Assembly: GCA_023231475.1 (NCBI GenBank)
Contig: JALJEE010002631.1
Span: 1 to 64,000, forward strand
DNA length: 64,000 bases
Direction: 5' to 3'
From: Seison nebaliae
Lineage: Eukaryota
The position numbers and the translations under genes were made by a program. Below are positions 50,812-63,500 of this stretch, in pieces (positions within the stretch are counted from its first letter, which is position 1; every line of letters begins with the position of its first letter). The notes beneath the pieces are model-generated. The model worked only from the letters and a program-made list of their open reading frames with translations. It had not been told where the DNA came from and ran no database searches.

Positions 50812-51240
50812 TTTTAATTATTGGAAAATATTCGTTATTAATTAGAAATTATGAGTCATTTATTATAAATTTCTTTTTTCTATTTACTTCGCTAAAAATT
50901 AATATGTTCGGTATGATCCATCATCGAGAGAGGAAAAAGTTTGTTGCGAAACACATTTGAAACAATTCACAGTGAAAATTGAGGGAAGGAAATATTTATA
51001 ATTGTTTAAAATAAGGCAACAGCTTTCTATTCTAAAAATGAATTGAGAAAAGATCGAAAAAAAAATAGAATAAAATTTTTTTGTATTATAATAAAATACA
51101 GTATGTTTTAATTTACAGATGGAAATATGATAAATGTGGTTTTATAAGAAAATGACTAAATTTTGTTTTTTTTGAATAAACATAAAAATTTGGTGTATAA
51201 ATAGAATAAATAAATTAAATAGTCTTCTTAACAAATTCGA

Positions 51241-51612
51241 TTATCCCCAGGCTTTATTTTGACAATAATGGATAACTAATTGACGATCGGAACCGAAACA
51301 TTCATACAAATTTTCGAGAGTTGTATGTAATGAAGGTGAGAAAGATTGATTAATGTAAAGAAATATATTTCCACCTTCATCAATGTGCAATTGACGACGG
51401 AGAAATGTGACGATATATTCAAATTTCTGTTTACGATCTACGGCCCATTTCCTTTTCTTCAAAACTGGCGCATCTCCAACAGCTTTGAATAGAACTTCGA
51501 TCTTATTCACTTTAGTCGATTTGTTACTCGAAGATTCACTCACAAGTGTCAGTTTCTTCTCTTCTATTTCTTCATTACCATTTGAACTTGTTACATTCTC
51601 TTCTTGATTCAT
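51241..51612 (-). CDS. ATG12: Ubiquitin-like autophagy protein ATG12; intronless
   Basis: KIEVLFKAVGDAPVLKKRKWAV, IFLYINQSFSPS, LYECFGSD and C-terminal AWG. Confidence 0.96.
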   Translation of the reverse strand: MNQEENVTSSNGNEEIEEKKLTLVSESSSNKSTKVNKIEVLFKAVGDAPVLKKRKWAVDRKQKFEYIVTFLRRQLHIDEGGNIFLYINQSFSPSLHTTLENLYECFGSDRQLVIHYCQNKAWG

Positions 51613-51794
51613 CTTCTCGAAAATATTTTTACAAGTTCGAAGAATTTTGTGAAACTAAAATTTTGAAAAAGAAATTTGGAAAAAAAATTTTATTTAATTA
51701 ACAATTTAATTAGTTTATTAAATAAAAAATTTTTCCATTTACTCCAAACAAATATTCCCACATAATACGAAACAACTCATCACTGAATTTAGAA

Positions 51795-52241
51795 ATGACA
51801 TATCAACGAAATCCAAATACCTCTTGTTTAACTTGATTTCGCGTTTAAAGTTTCATGATATCTTTCTATTGAAGACAATCAATTCCAAGATAAGGATGAA
51901 CTGGAAAGAAATCTCTCAAATAACATACAAAAATTGAAACATGTCGCTATTCAAATTCACGGAGAATTGGAAGAACAACAAACTTTATTAGAGTCGATGG
52001 TTTCAACATTTTTATTCTCAAAATTTTAAATATTCTTACATTATTTATTAATGAAAAACAACTAAATTTACATGGTTGAATGATATAATAGAATGAAGGA
52101 TTCTCAAAAACTATATTCTCTTTGGGACAATCGGCGAAGAAGTTACTCGATGTCAATACTTATAGTCGATGTTCGAATTGGATATATTTATTTTTTTTCA
52201 TTATTGGCATGTTTCTCTTTGTTTATCTCATTCTCATATAA
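51795..52241 (+). CDS. BET1: BET1-like Qc SNARE (3 exons)
   Basis: Spliced DELERNLSNNIQKLKHVAIQIHGELEEQQTLLESM|NEGFSKTIFSLGQSAKKLLDV...WIYLFFFIIGMFLFVYLILI*: a SNARE helix plus a C-terminal TM. Confidence 0.8.
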
Positions 52242-52279
52242 ACTGCATCAAAATAAATGTATTTCCATTTCAATGATTT

Positions 52280-53420
52280 GTTGAAACTGATTCGGCGTAT
52301 GTGGGTAATTCGATATTATTATCGTTTCTCTCATTTCCAGAAGAATCATTCGAATTCATTTCACTAACAATATTCTAAGGAGAAATTTGATAAAATGAAA
52401 TTATTTAAAATCCATTAAAATTAACCATTAAATTAGTATAATATTTCTGTTGTTGATCTAAATTAGATAATCGATCTCTTAAATAATTAGTTAGACCTCT
52501 CTGCAACTGAAGAAGTTTTCTCACTTTCTCTTCTTTCTTCTCTTCGTTATCTATGTCATTATCATTCAATATGAAAATTACTTTTATTTGATGTCAATTT
52601 CTAACAATATTCTTCAATTTGCAATTGTTCCATTTTCACTTTCTCCAATTTGATTTCATCGTCTCGAAATCGATCTAAATGTATCTGAATATAAATGGAA
52701 TTTATCAAAGAGAAAAAAGAAAAAAAAACTCCAAAATGTCGTTTCTTTTCTTTCGTTATCTTCTCGACTTTTGTATTGATTTGATCCTTCAAAAGAAAGG
52801 ATGAAATAAGAGATGAAAGAAAAGGAAACTTTTTTAAATTTCAATTCATTTAAATTATTCTCCCCATTCTTTATCATCTCTACACAATTTAATAGATCTA
52901 AATTCTCTTTCTTCTTATTCTCCATATCTATTAGTAGAAAATCATAAAAATTTGAGAAAAATTCATCAAACAATCTTTCTCCGTCGAATAAATTAGTTTT
53001 CTAAATTTCAATGAAATTCCATTCAATTCCAAACATTCCCCATTCATCCAATTACAAAGACTTAAAAGCACTTTTAAAATTTTTTTATTTGAACAATTTA
53101 TAAGTAAATGTTAAACTTCGATTTTCCGTACTGAATTCATTCGATCTTAAATGACGTAAATTTCTCAAGTCATTTTCCAATTTCTTCTTATCTGACTGTT
53201 CCACTTGAAGCAATTTGATCAAACTTCTTCCACTTCTGTTTGTCATCATAATTTTTCATATTTACAATATATACGATAGACAAACCTTTTCAAAACTTTC
53301 TTCGGTCCATCTACTTGATCCATATTCTTTTTAGAATGAAATCCAAGATCTTTGGTACAATGGCTTCGGTCTTTCGAGCTTCATTTTCAAACGAAAATTT
53401 ATTGTAAAACTATTCATTTA
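52280..53420 (-). CDS. Multi-exon putative coiled-coil protein, unknown function; boundaries approximate
   Basis: Short E/K/L-rich open stretches (e.g. LIKLLQVEQSDKKKLENDLRNLRHLRSNEF; DMENKKKENLDLLNCVEMIK) separated by GTT..AG introns. Confidence 0.45.
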
Positions 53421-53840
53421 TTAAATATTTCATCATCTCATTCCCATCAAAACAAATTTGAATATTATTCTTCTCCTGACAATTTAGTTTCATGAATAGA
53501 GTTAAAGTTATTTTTTCTTATTTAAAATCCGAATCTAATAAAATTAATATTTATCGAAATTTATACAATTGTGAAATAGTTTTATAATATTTTCCCCATA
53601 GTTTCTAACTATTAAATCACAATTATTTTTCGGAAAGAAAAGAGATAACTAATTAATTTACGCTGATTTATTGCGAAAAGATAATGAAAAATAATATATT
53701 GTACAAAAAGGAAAAATTAGCAATTTAATTTCTTAAATAAACTTAAGAGAAATAAAATAATTGTAGAACTGAACAGATACGGTATATAATAATAAATTTT
53801 GAAATTCATTCAACTTTTAATGTTCAACTCTTCGACAAGT

Positions 53841-56703
53841 TCAATTCTTCTCGAATACTTTCCCATTAATCAAACCATCAACAATTGGCAATGGTTTCGA
53901 GTTGTCACTAATTTCTAATAAAGCAATCATTGGTTCACTCATAGAAGGTAGACCTTCGATTTTACTTTTAAAAAAATATCTAAAAATAAATAAAGTGAAT
54001 ATTTGTGAGAGTGGTGAGAATGAATGAAACCTGTAGTTACCTTTCTTTGGAAGGATTTTTATGAAATCAGATAAATATGGTTTGGAATAGAATGTCATTT
54101 GAGAGACATAAGGAAACTCTTCATTCGGCATATGATATAATACTTTAGCGTCACTCATCAATTGCCGATCTTCCATTTTCTTTGTACTACCCAAACCAGC
54201 ATTTCCAGTGTTCAACGATGAACCAACTGCCGAATCCATATTAACGAATAATTGTGAAGAGATACCGGAATCATGACTCAATTTATGATGAGATCGTGGT
54301 TCAGAATTCATCGATTTATTATTATTGTTGTTATTGTTTGTGAATTGATTAGCGAACATAGATTGTTGTCGATTGTATTTTGGAGTAAATTTTAAATAAT
54401 CTTCATGAGACTCAATGAAATTAGAATTTCCATATTGATTAGTTTTCTCTTTCGTTTCATTCATTAATTCTTCTTCTTCATTATAAATAATTTTCGAATC
54501 ATTCTCATCATTGTGACAGAGAACTTGATCATAATGTTCATTCAGAATATTCTCCGCATCTTGATTTATATCAACTTTCTCTTTATTTTTCTTATTCTTC
54601 TCTTCATCATCTGCTGTCAACATCAAATCATCATTATTCAAAAGAAACGGTGCCATTGATACACCAGCATCTAATTCATGGGAAGACGAATCGTTTTGCA
54701 TTTTAGATATTAAAGTTGTTTCTTTTTTCTCTTCTCCAATCATCGTACTATTGAAGAAATCGTTAGTGAACGATGTTTGCTGATCCAAATGTTCTTCATC
54801 CTCATTCGTTTGTGTCTTCACTTCACTTAATCGATCACTTAAAATTTTCGCGAATAAATTTGGATTAGTTCTCGCTATCCGATAATGATAATCGTTCGAC
54901 TGAAAAATAATTAGAATATTTTTCAGATATTTTTTAACAAATTAATTAACTTCACTTCCTTCAACTTTTTCCTTCTCTTCTTTCAACACATCAGTAATCG
55001 TTGAGGTTACCCATTTTCTGTTAGAAGCGTCACTCGAATAACCGTCAGTTGTATCATCTTTTCTGTAAAAACAAAGAGAATTAATTTCAGAATAAATATT
55101 TTCTGAATTTTTTGAAAATTATTTTTAGTTCAAGTTCCAAAAATTCTCTACTAAACAATCGATAATTGATATAGTTAACGAAATTTTGTGGATCGTTGAG
55201 AACGATGGCACGAGCTTTCGCATTTTGACGGAATGTTTTCGATAAGACGTTCCTTATACATTCTTCGTCCACATCCATTTGCATCTTAAGAAACCTTTTT
55301 ATTTTTTTTCACTTCAACAAAATTTTCACTTTATTATCTATTATGAAATTATGAAATTTGCTTTAGAAGAAAAATAGGAAGATCCATTTGAATTTAAATG
55401 AATTTGGAATTTATTCTTCTTATAGAAACTTCCTTTCATCTTCTACTAGCCAGAGAAAAGTTATGATAAATTAAATTTTTCTTGCCCACATCAGCAACAT
55501 TTCCTTAACTATTCTAATTTCATCAAACAAACGGAGATTAAGGTTCTCGTTCTTCACCAATGGAAAATAATTAGTAAATAAACAACCTCTTCAACTTATT
55601 CAAAAATTTTCGAAAACTTTTGAATAAAAAATAGGAAAGAAAAGAACTAACATGATATTATCTAAATGATCCAGCGAGTCTAATGAAGTGAGATCACTTC
55701 CGATTCGTGAAGTGAAATGTGGATAGAATGACGTCGATAATTTCGCTTGGTCATTTTTCTTATTCATCGAATATCGAAATGCTTCATGATCTGACATGAC
55801 GCCATTGTCCATTGTGTCCAGTTTCTTTTGACGAAGGAAATTGAAATTTATTGGTTTCTGCTTCCGATTCTTATTAGACAATTTCTCCATTAATCGATTC
55901 CCAAATGACGTGCATTCTGTATCAGTCATAACACCATGATCATTAACTAAATGATTCTTTAGAAACATCTTTGTCTTCATTTTATTCTTATGAATTTCCG
56001 GTTTCTTCACATTCTCATTCATTAGGAACTTTTGCGAGAATTTCTCATTGTAAATTTTTAAGAATTCATCTAAAATGTTATCGTTCCAATATGTTATCAA
56101 ATCAATAATGACTTCATTAAAAATATCGTTCGTAAATCGACGATGACGAATATTATCAACGAGTTTATGTTTCGTATCGTTTCTCATCCATTTTCCAACA
56201 TGGAAATTCTTATGAATATTATTTCGATAAATATTTTTTATTAATGATTTCGATTCCGTCGTACATGTTCTCCCACGATATTGCATTAATTTTTTGATTG
56301 AACAAAAAATTGTCAATTCCGAACTTGCACCACATTTTTTTACATAATTCTTAAATTCCTGCCATTTCGATGGATTATTTATTACATCGATAATTAACGA
56401 TAATTTTTCTTTATTTGCTGATCGATTTATAAAACAAATGATATCGATATCATCATTCTCGTTTTCATCAGGAAAGTTCGGTTTGAATTGATTGTCATTA
56501 ATTGTAATGAAACTACAATCACTCATTTCAATATCATCCAACATTTCGCTTGATGCTAAACGTTTACTACAATTCAGTATTTCATTTCTCTCACAATCGG
56601 AATGTACGGGAAGAGATCGAGTGGATTCTATATGAATTGTTTTCGCATTAATTTCCGTCGGATACGAAGGGAAACAACGATCTGATCTTGTAAATTCAAA
56701 CAT
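53841..56703 (-). CDS. AXIN: Axin (RGS, GSK3-binding, beta-catenin-binding, DIX); multi-exon
   Basis: RGS-like SLIIDVINNPSKWQEFKNYVKK. GSK3-binding-like NPNLFAKILSDRLSEV. Beta-catenin-binding DAENILNEHYDQV. DIX LYHMPNEEFPY...LSDFIKILPKKGNYR|YFFK...EISDNSKPLPIVDGLINGKV. Confidence 0.88.
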
Positions 56704-57962
56704 CTCTTTTCGCTTAAAAAACTGAAATTTTTTTAATCTAATAAACAAAAGAAAATAAATAATTTTAATTATTTAAAAAATTTTCTTCTATTTTCGATTT
56801 TATGACTAGAAATTACCAGCAACTGATAATCGTCTTCATTGAAAGTTTGTACTTAAACGAGATTCTCTCTCTAACGTTTGGGAAAAGATGTGATGGAAAA
56901 ACCATACGACTTATATTATACATCTCTATTCAGACTATATTTCTCTTTCTAAATTCATTTAATTTTTTCATACAATTTCATTAGTCGTCTGTCGTTGTGA
57001 GAATCAATTCTTTGCATCATTCAATGGATTATAGAGTGCTTCCATTCCTATACGTGTACCAAATAGTGTACCGTCGAATTGAGATAGAAATGGAAATGTC
57101 TAACGGTACGTTAACTCCTCGTTCAATAATCCAATAGAACTTTTCTTTTATTTCCAAATCATAATTGGTTAATATCTGTATATTTATCAATTAACTAGAC
57201 TAATAGGAAAAATGTATGGAAATAGAAATTCAGTCAAATGTTTTTCTCTAAATTCTTTTAATTCTTTTTCCTACTTGCTTTTATCTGCCTACGATGCATT
57301 TCATTGTCCTTTGAAATTCTTTCATTGTAAACTTCCGACAATTGACTTCTAATGTGTTCGGTATAAAAGTGCGAGTTGTTTCATATTGACATATTATTCC
57401 TTTTCACGTTTCCTCTGTCACAGGGGCTTTTCCCTTTCATTGTCTTATCTTTTCCCCGCTAATGCCGACACTCAATTTAGACGGTCAACGAATTAACCGT
57501 TACAAAGCCCTCTTATCTATGTGAACTGAATACTGTTGGGATAGATTGATGACAACATGCAATATGTTCACAAAAAATCAGTAGAACAAGAAAGAATGAA
57601 AGTGATTATTCAAACGGGAATTCCATGTAATAAATGTTAGTGTTCACCGAAGAACAAAGATCAAAATAATAGTCGTAATTTTAAAAAAAGAAGTAATTTA
57701 AAATTAAAAAAAAATGTTTTGTACTTGATGGATGAGAAACAGAAAATGGAATGTTTAGTAAATTATTCTCTTGAATTGATCTGTCCAAACTGGATAAAAA
57801 TGGAAAAAATGAGAAATTTCTTGGAAGGAACAATTATTGTCATATTCGATGAATGCAAAGAAAAAGAAAATCTAACATAAGTTAATTTTTTTAATTTCTA
57901 ACAAATTTCTCATACTAAAATTCAAATTGCTGACAGTTCTTTGTTTTTTATAATATTATACC

Positions 57963-60900
57963 TTATCGATACTTCTTACGATGGATCGGTTTGGGAATGG
58001 CGTTTTGCCAGTAATTTGCACTTAGGCCAATTTCGTAATTATTCGAAGCATCCACTAAATGAGCAGGAAGTCGTTTTCCACTATTTTTTTCATCGGAAAA
58101 TTGTTTTTTCTTATTGTCCTTCCCTCCATCCATGTTCGTGTTTATTGCAGTGTTTTTATTCATTGCACCGTTAACACTTACATTTGGGACATTATTTCCA
58201 TCAATACAAGTATCGACAACTCTTTTCGTACTACCGTCATTATCGTTGGGTAAGTTGGCGATGGAGAATGGCATTCCTTTGATTTGTACTGGAGGTTGAT
58301 AAAATGAACCACCAGCATTGGCTTTCCTAAATTTCTTTTCTTCCATCATGTGTGGAGGCTTGATGTGTTTAGCGCGTGTCCCGTTACCAACATAATCCGG
58401 CCAATTCTTCATGTAATGATCGAAGTGACGGTTTGATAAATTTGCTTTATGTCTCGCCATTTCCAATTCATCAATGAACATGATATCTTCATCTGAACCA
58501 CGTTCTGTCCGATGTTTCCCATATTGATCTGGATAAATTTTTGTAGCATTTGAATCACTATCAGGATTAATGAACTTTATATGGTTTACCAAGTTCTTGG
58601 GCAATTCTAAACCTTTAGCAAAGGCAACACGTTGACCATATTCGGTGGCATCGTTTGCCATATCCAGTTTCATTTCTTGCGATTTAATGACCGTTATATC
58701 TTTTTGAGTCGAGTCCTGAACATCTTGACTAATGAAACCGATGGATGATGTCTTCATTTCAGCAAAATGCATTTTATCATTTTGATGGTCATTTGTGGGT
58801 GTTTCCGTTTTATCTTTCTCCGATTGAATATTATTATTTGTTTGACTTACATCAGTGGAGATCTCGTCTGTTTGTGCGGAATTATTCGATACTTTCTCTT
58901 GTTTGTTCGTTGCCTGTTGACTACTAAATGTTTCTTGAGTACTTGGTATAATATCATTGCCAGTATATTTTGGTCGGCCTTCACTTGTTGGTTCGTCGGA
59001 GATTTTGGAAGAAGTAATTTCCGTTGATTCGATTTCCATCAATTCCTTTTTATTCTTTGTTATATGAATTTCAGAAGCTCGATCATGTTTCGGATATTTG
59101 TTGAACGATTGATCGTCACCTTCAGCTTCTCCACCAGCTGTAAAGTCGTCATGATTTTCATTATCATCTTTTTGTATTTCTTCATCAACCGGTTTATCTT
59201 CAACCGATTTATCATCAACTGGTTTCTCATCCATCGATTTATCATCTACCGGTTTATCATTAAAATCATTAGTAACTGGTTCTTCAACAATTTCTTTTTG
59301 TTCCTCGTTTTCGTCAACAAATAAATCACCTTCCTCATCTGATTGCGATAGATTGAGTTCACTAGTAAAAACGTTTCGATTGTCTCTCGATACTTTTCGT
59401 TCTAGTCCAACTCCGTCAGGCTCGTCTTCTAAAGTAAGAGTATTCAGATCGTTATCATCAGGTGCGATCGACAGATTTGTTTGGGTTCGATGATGATGTA
59501 ATTCAATAAGAGGCGAATCAAGATTTCTGTCTTCATCACTGGTAGATTTGATCTAATGAGATATAATGAAATTTTTGAAATTTTTATAAAGCTTAACATA
59601 TTCAGTTGTTTCGTTATCCATGACCGATGCTTTGTTGAAAACGAGTTTAATATTCTAAAACATAAATAAATTAAAGAGAAAAGTGAACTAAAATTTAATT
59701 TTAAAAGAAATCGAACTTCACTATCTACCATTGCGTCGCTATTATTGAAGTGGATAGGAAGAAATTATAGAAGTAAATGTTTTATATACTAACTCGTAAT
59801 CCTAAAAAGGAGAATTTGATTTAATAAGAATTTTATTTAAAAATTAACATCTAGTGTGGAGGCGGATTTTAACTTTCTTGGAATGCTTATCTCAGAATTG
59901 TAATAACTACTGGCGGATGGGAGGAAATTCTGAAATTACATAATTGATCAAATTTATTATTCATATTTCTCTCTGTTCAACTAACTGCAGACATGGGTAT
60001 TGGACTCTACACACGACAAGACAAAGATTAGAATAATTATTAATTATTATTAATATTAACTTGTTGGAATGACGTTATCTAATTCAATTAAAATAATTTA
60101 TAGAAAGCAATTTGATAAAAAATGACTAACATCATGTTGGATAATATTCATTTCTGTCGCATCACGTGATAATATACTGGCGGAACTACGAGTCAAAATC
60201 GATCCGCTTTTTTGAGAAGTTTCAACTTTTTCAAATTTTTTCTCTCCCCCACTGGTTGTCTCTTCTGGTTCTTTATATTTCTTCTGATGTAGATGTTCGC
60301 ACGGACAAGTACAATTTTGGCATGTGCAAAATGTTATGTTTTCTATGGCATCCTCCAATTCCACATCGTTCATGTTTAACAACGTTTGCACATGAGTTTG
60401 AGTTTCTGCGTGACTCTTTCTCATGTCTCGACTAATAAACTCCAAATATTTTCTGAGCCTTTCCCGCTCCGGTAAATGGGATGTTTCTTCAATATTCATT
60501 TCTTTCAATTGTTGTAGTTTCTTTCCAATTTCACATTGACACTCACAATTCTTACAACTACAACCAAGCTTGTTTGTCATTGAAGGAATGTTTTCGGCTG
60601 AACGTTGATCTGATTCTAAAGTTTTAGATTGAAATCGTCCATAATCACTTTCTAAACGTCATTTGAGAAGTATTATTCTTATTAGTTACTTAAAATTTTA
60701 TTCTAACCTACGGGTAATGCTAAAGAATTTGTAAAAAAGAAAGTTTATTGAAAAGAATTTAAAATATTAACAGGGTGATTCGGCTCCCATAACTTTCTGT
60801 GAACTTGGTCTTGTCGGTTCATAAATGTTATTGATAACTTGATTATCTTTTTGTTTTTCCTTTTCATTCTCTTGTTCTGTAAGAATTGGGATAGGAATGA

Positions 60901-62394
60901 ATAAAATATATTTGAATTCTGAAGAACTTGATTTTCGGCTTTGAGGAATCTTGCCAAAACCTTCCAATGTTCCATTTTTGTCATTAAAGAGTTTGCTCAT
61001 TTTATCTCCGTAAATGTTAGTGAAATCAAATGTATCTTTACTCTTCGGTCGTTGTAGATAGACATGATTACCTTTCGAGTTCTTTGTCAATTTAGTTCTG
61101 TTATTAAAGTTTATCATATTTTCCCCAAATTTACAATTACTAACTTACAAGAAATTGGTACATGGAATGTTCTGAAATGAATATTAGAGAAATAGGAAAA
61201 ATAAATTAATTGTTGACGGTGGTCGTTTCACATTGCGTCGTGGAGCACAGTCATAATTTCTTCCGAGATATCTTCTCCATCTTGGAGATAAACTTTTATC
61301 TTTCATCGCTGCTCTGTTAATCATTGAAAGAAGAATTGATTAACAAGAAATTCGAGAATTAAACTCAAATACTTCATGTTTCTTCCATATCTCATATAAG
61401 TTACTAGTATTATCCATGACTCGTTTCCTCCAATCTCCAAAACGTCGATAGGCGGTATAATCGAAGTTCCTTAATTTAGTAGTCTCCCGTTCTAGAAATG
61501 TTCGTTCAAATGCCATCGGATGGGTGCCCAAACGATTTCTACAGAAAGGAAATTTTAATATTTAAAATTCATTTAAACTGTCTCTGGAAGTCTCTCATCA
61601 TTGAGAGTTCATATTGTAAATAAGAATTTCTCATCGGTCTTGAACGAAATCCTTTTGTAGCTGTATGAACTTTAGTGAATCTCCTAAAGAAATGGTCAAA
61701 TTTTCAGTATATTTAAATAATTCATCCTTAACTTATTTGAGTCTACGCTCACCGGGTTATCACAACAAACACAATGGTATCGGACTAGTTGTTTAGTTGT
61801 TCCTCCAATTTGACCATCCTCATTTTGACTAATTGCTTGTTTTTTCTTTAAAAATTTTAAAAAATATTCAAATTATTTAAAAGAAAAATTAAAGAAAAAC
61901 CAAAGCAGATTGTATGAGAGATAATTCATCTTCTATCAATAATTGTAGTTTCGTTATATCGGGTTTATTCATTTTATTTTCCAATTCTCTTTTTAATGTT
62001 AATGCTGATTCTTCCCATTGTCCGGTCTGTTAAACGTTCGTTATTTCAAGAACTTTCCTTAAAATTATTCATAAACTTTTTCTTTTATCTTCTCGCTCAA
62101 TTGATTGAGAATATTTACAGTTTCACGTTCAGGAACTTCGTCTTCTGCTTGCTTCTCGATCATTACTTGTTTCAAATTCTCCAATTCCTTCCAAATGAGT
62201 TGGAGAAAATAATAAATTTGGGATAAACTTCTAATCTCTGATAGACGTTGGATTGCATCTCGGTCACAACTTCTTCCAAAGACGGTTCATCTTTTTTAAA
62301 TTTCTGAAAATGTTTCTGTTCGCCATGGAAAATGTTGGTTAAATAGAAGAAAAAAGAAAGAAGAATCTGCAACTTTGGATGTAGCGGTATCCAT
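57963..62394 (-). CDS. Large multi-exon uncharacterised protein (may be more than one gene), largely disordered, with two CxCxxCxCxC clusters and DKPVD repeats
   Basis: Chain of minus-strand ORFs (62172-62372, 61340-61531, 60767-61117, 60098-60580, 57963-59234) separated by short GT(T/C)..AG introns. No recognised family. Confidence 0.45.
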
Positions 62395-62502
62395 ATTAAG
62401 AAAATGTCTTTAGTAAATTCAAAATGAAAAATTGATGAAAGATTTTTTATTTCAATTTTCTTAATAATCTGAATAGATAGGAAATGAAATCAGAATTCTT
62501 CG

Positions 62503-63408
62503 TTAAATTTTGCATTTAGCGGCATTTAATGAACGTTTATTAACTCTATAAAATTGTATCAAGAAATTGATCGGTACTGAATGAATATCAGCAATTGTAA
62601 AGAAATGTTGATAAGTATGGCGAGATGGAACGGCTAACCCGATTAAATTCCATATATTTGGTTGAGTTTTATACGAACAATAAATTGGTGAGGCCTGATC
62701 ACTATGCTCCACTAATTTGCTATATCCTTTATATTTGAAGCAATGAATTTCGTTCAATCTCGTCAAATTCTTCCCTTCTGAATCTTTCTTACAAGTATAA
62801 AATGTTTGGATTTCGATCGCATAATTATGAGGAACTATCATACTTTTATATCTCGAATCAGTCCATGGTTGTATGAAACATTTATCTACCGTGTTATCTC
62901 TCTCTGGTTTCAAATTTAAACAAACCGGATGTAAATCACTTGTTTCTTTCGGCATGTTCACTAATGGCAATCGACATGGTAAGAAGAGGAAACAAACACC
63001 ACCTAAAGCATTTGTACAAATTCGATCTTGAATAAACCAATCTTTCTTTGGTCGATTTTTGATGAAAACTCGCAAAGTTGCCAAATAGTAACGACTAACA
63101 CATGAAATGGATGTCATGATTAATTGTTCGTGAACGATTGCACCACCACAAATAGTTTTACCTGCAAATTTTATGGTAACATCCCAAGGCCAATCATAAA
63201 TCGGCTGATATTTCTCATCCGTAATTTTGTCTGTGGTTAAAACGGAATTGCTTATTGAACTTTTGCCACAACTCTTCGGAAATGGCCGAAACCATTTAAA
63301 ACTTTTCGATTCTCCATCAACCACAATACAGATGAGAATGACAAATATTAAATATGTTTTCATCGTTTTTATCAATGGAATGCTATGGCGCAAATGTTCG
63401 TTGAACAA
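62503..63408 (-). CDS. Secreted trypsin-like (S1) serine protease homolog, catalytically inactive; intronless
   Basis: Signal peptide MKTYLIFVILICIVVDG. WPWDVTI...ICGGAIVHEQLIMTSISC has TAAHC with His lost. PVCL is present. SDQASPIYC has GDSGGP with Ser lost. WNLIGL follows. Confidence 0.8.
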   Translation of the reverse strand: MFNEHLRHSIPLIKTMKTYLIFVILICIVVDGESKSFKWFRPFPKSCGKSSISNSVLTTDKITDEKYQPIYDWPWDVTIKFAGKTICGGAIVHEQLIMTSISCVSRYYLATLRVFIKNRPKKDWFIQDRICTNALGGVCFLFLPCRLPLVNMPKETSDLHPVCLNLKPERDNTVDKCFIQPWTDSRYKSMIVPHNYAIEIQTFYTCKKDSEGKNLTRLNEIHCFKYKGYSKLVEHSDQASPIYCSYKTQPNIWNLIGLAVPSRHTYQHFFTIADIHSVPINFLIQFYRVNKRSLNAAKCKI

Positions 63409-63500
63409 TGAGAAAAGAACTTGAATAATTGGGGATAGTATTCATTATAAATACATAAACTTTTATGAGTTATTAGAAGTTTGTTGAAATATAAAATTTA

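Noticed and set aside
57308..57315. TCF/LEF site (CCTTTGAA) upstream of Axin
   Set aside because: A single short AT-rich motif is expected by chance, and the transcription start is unknown.
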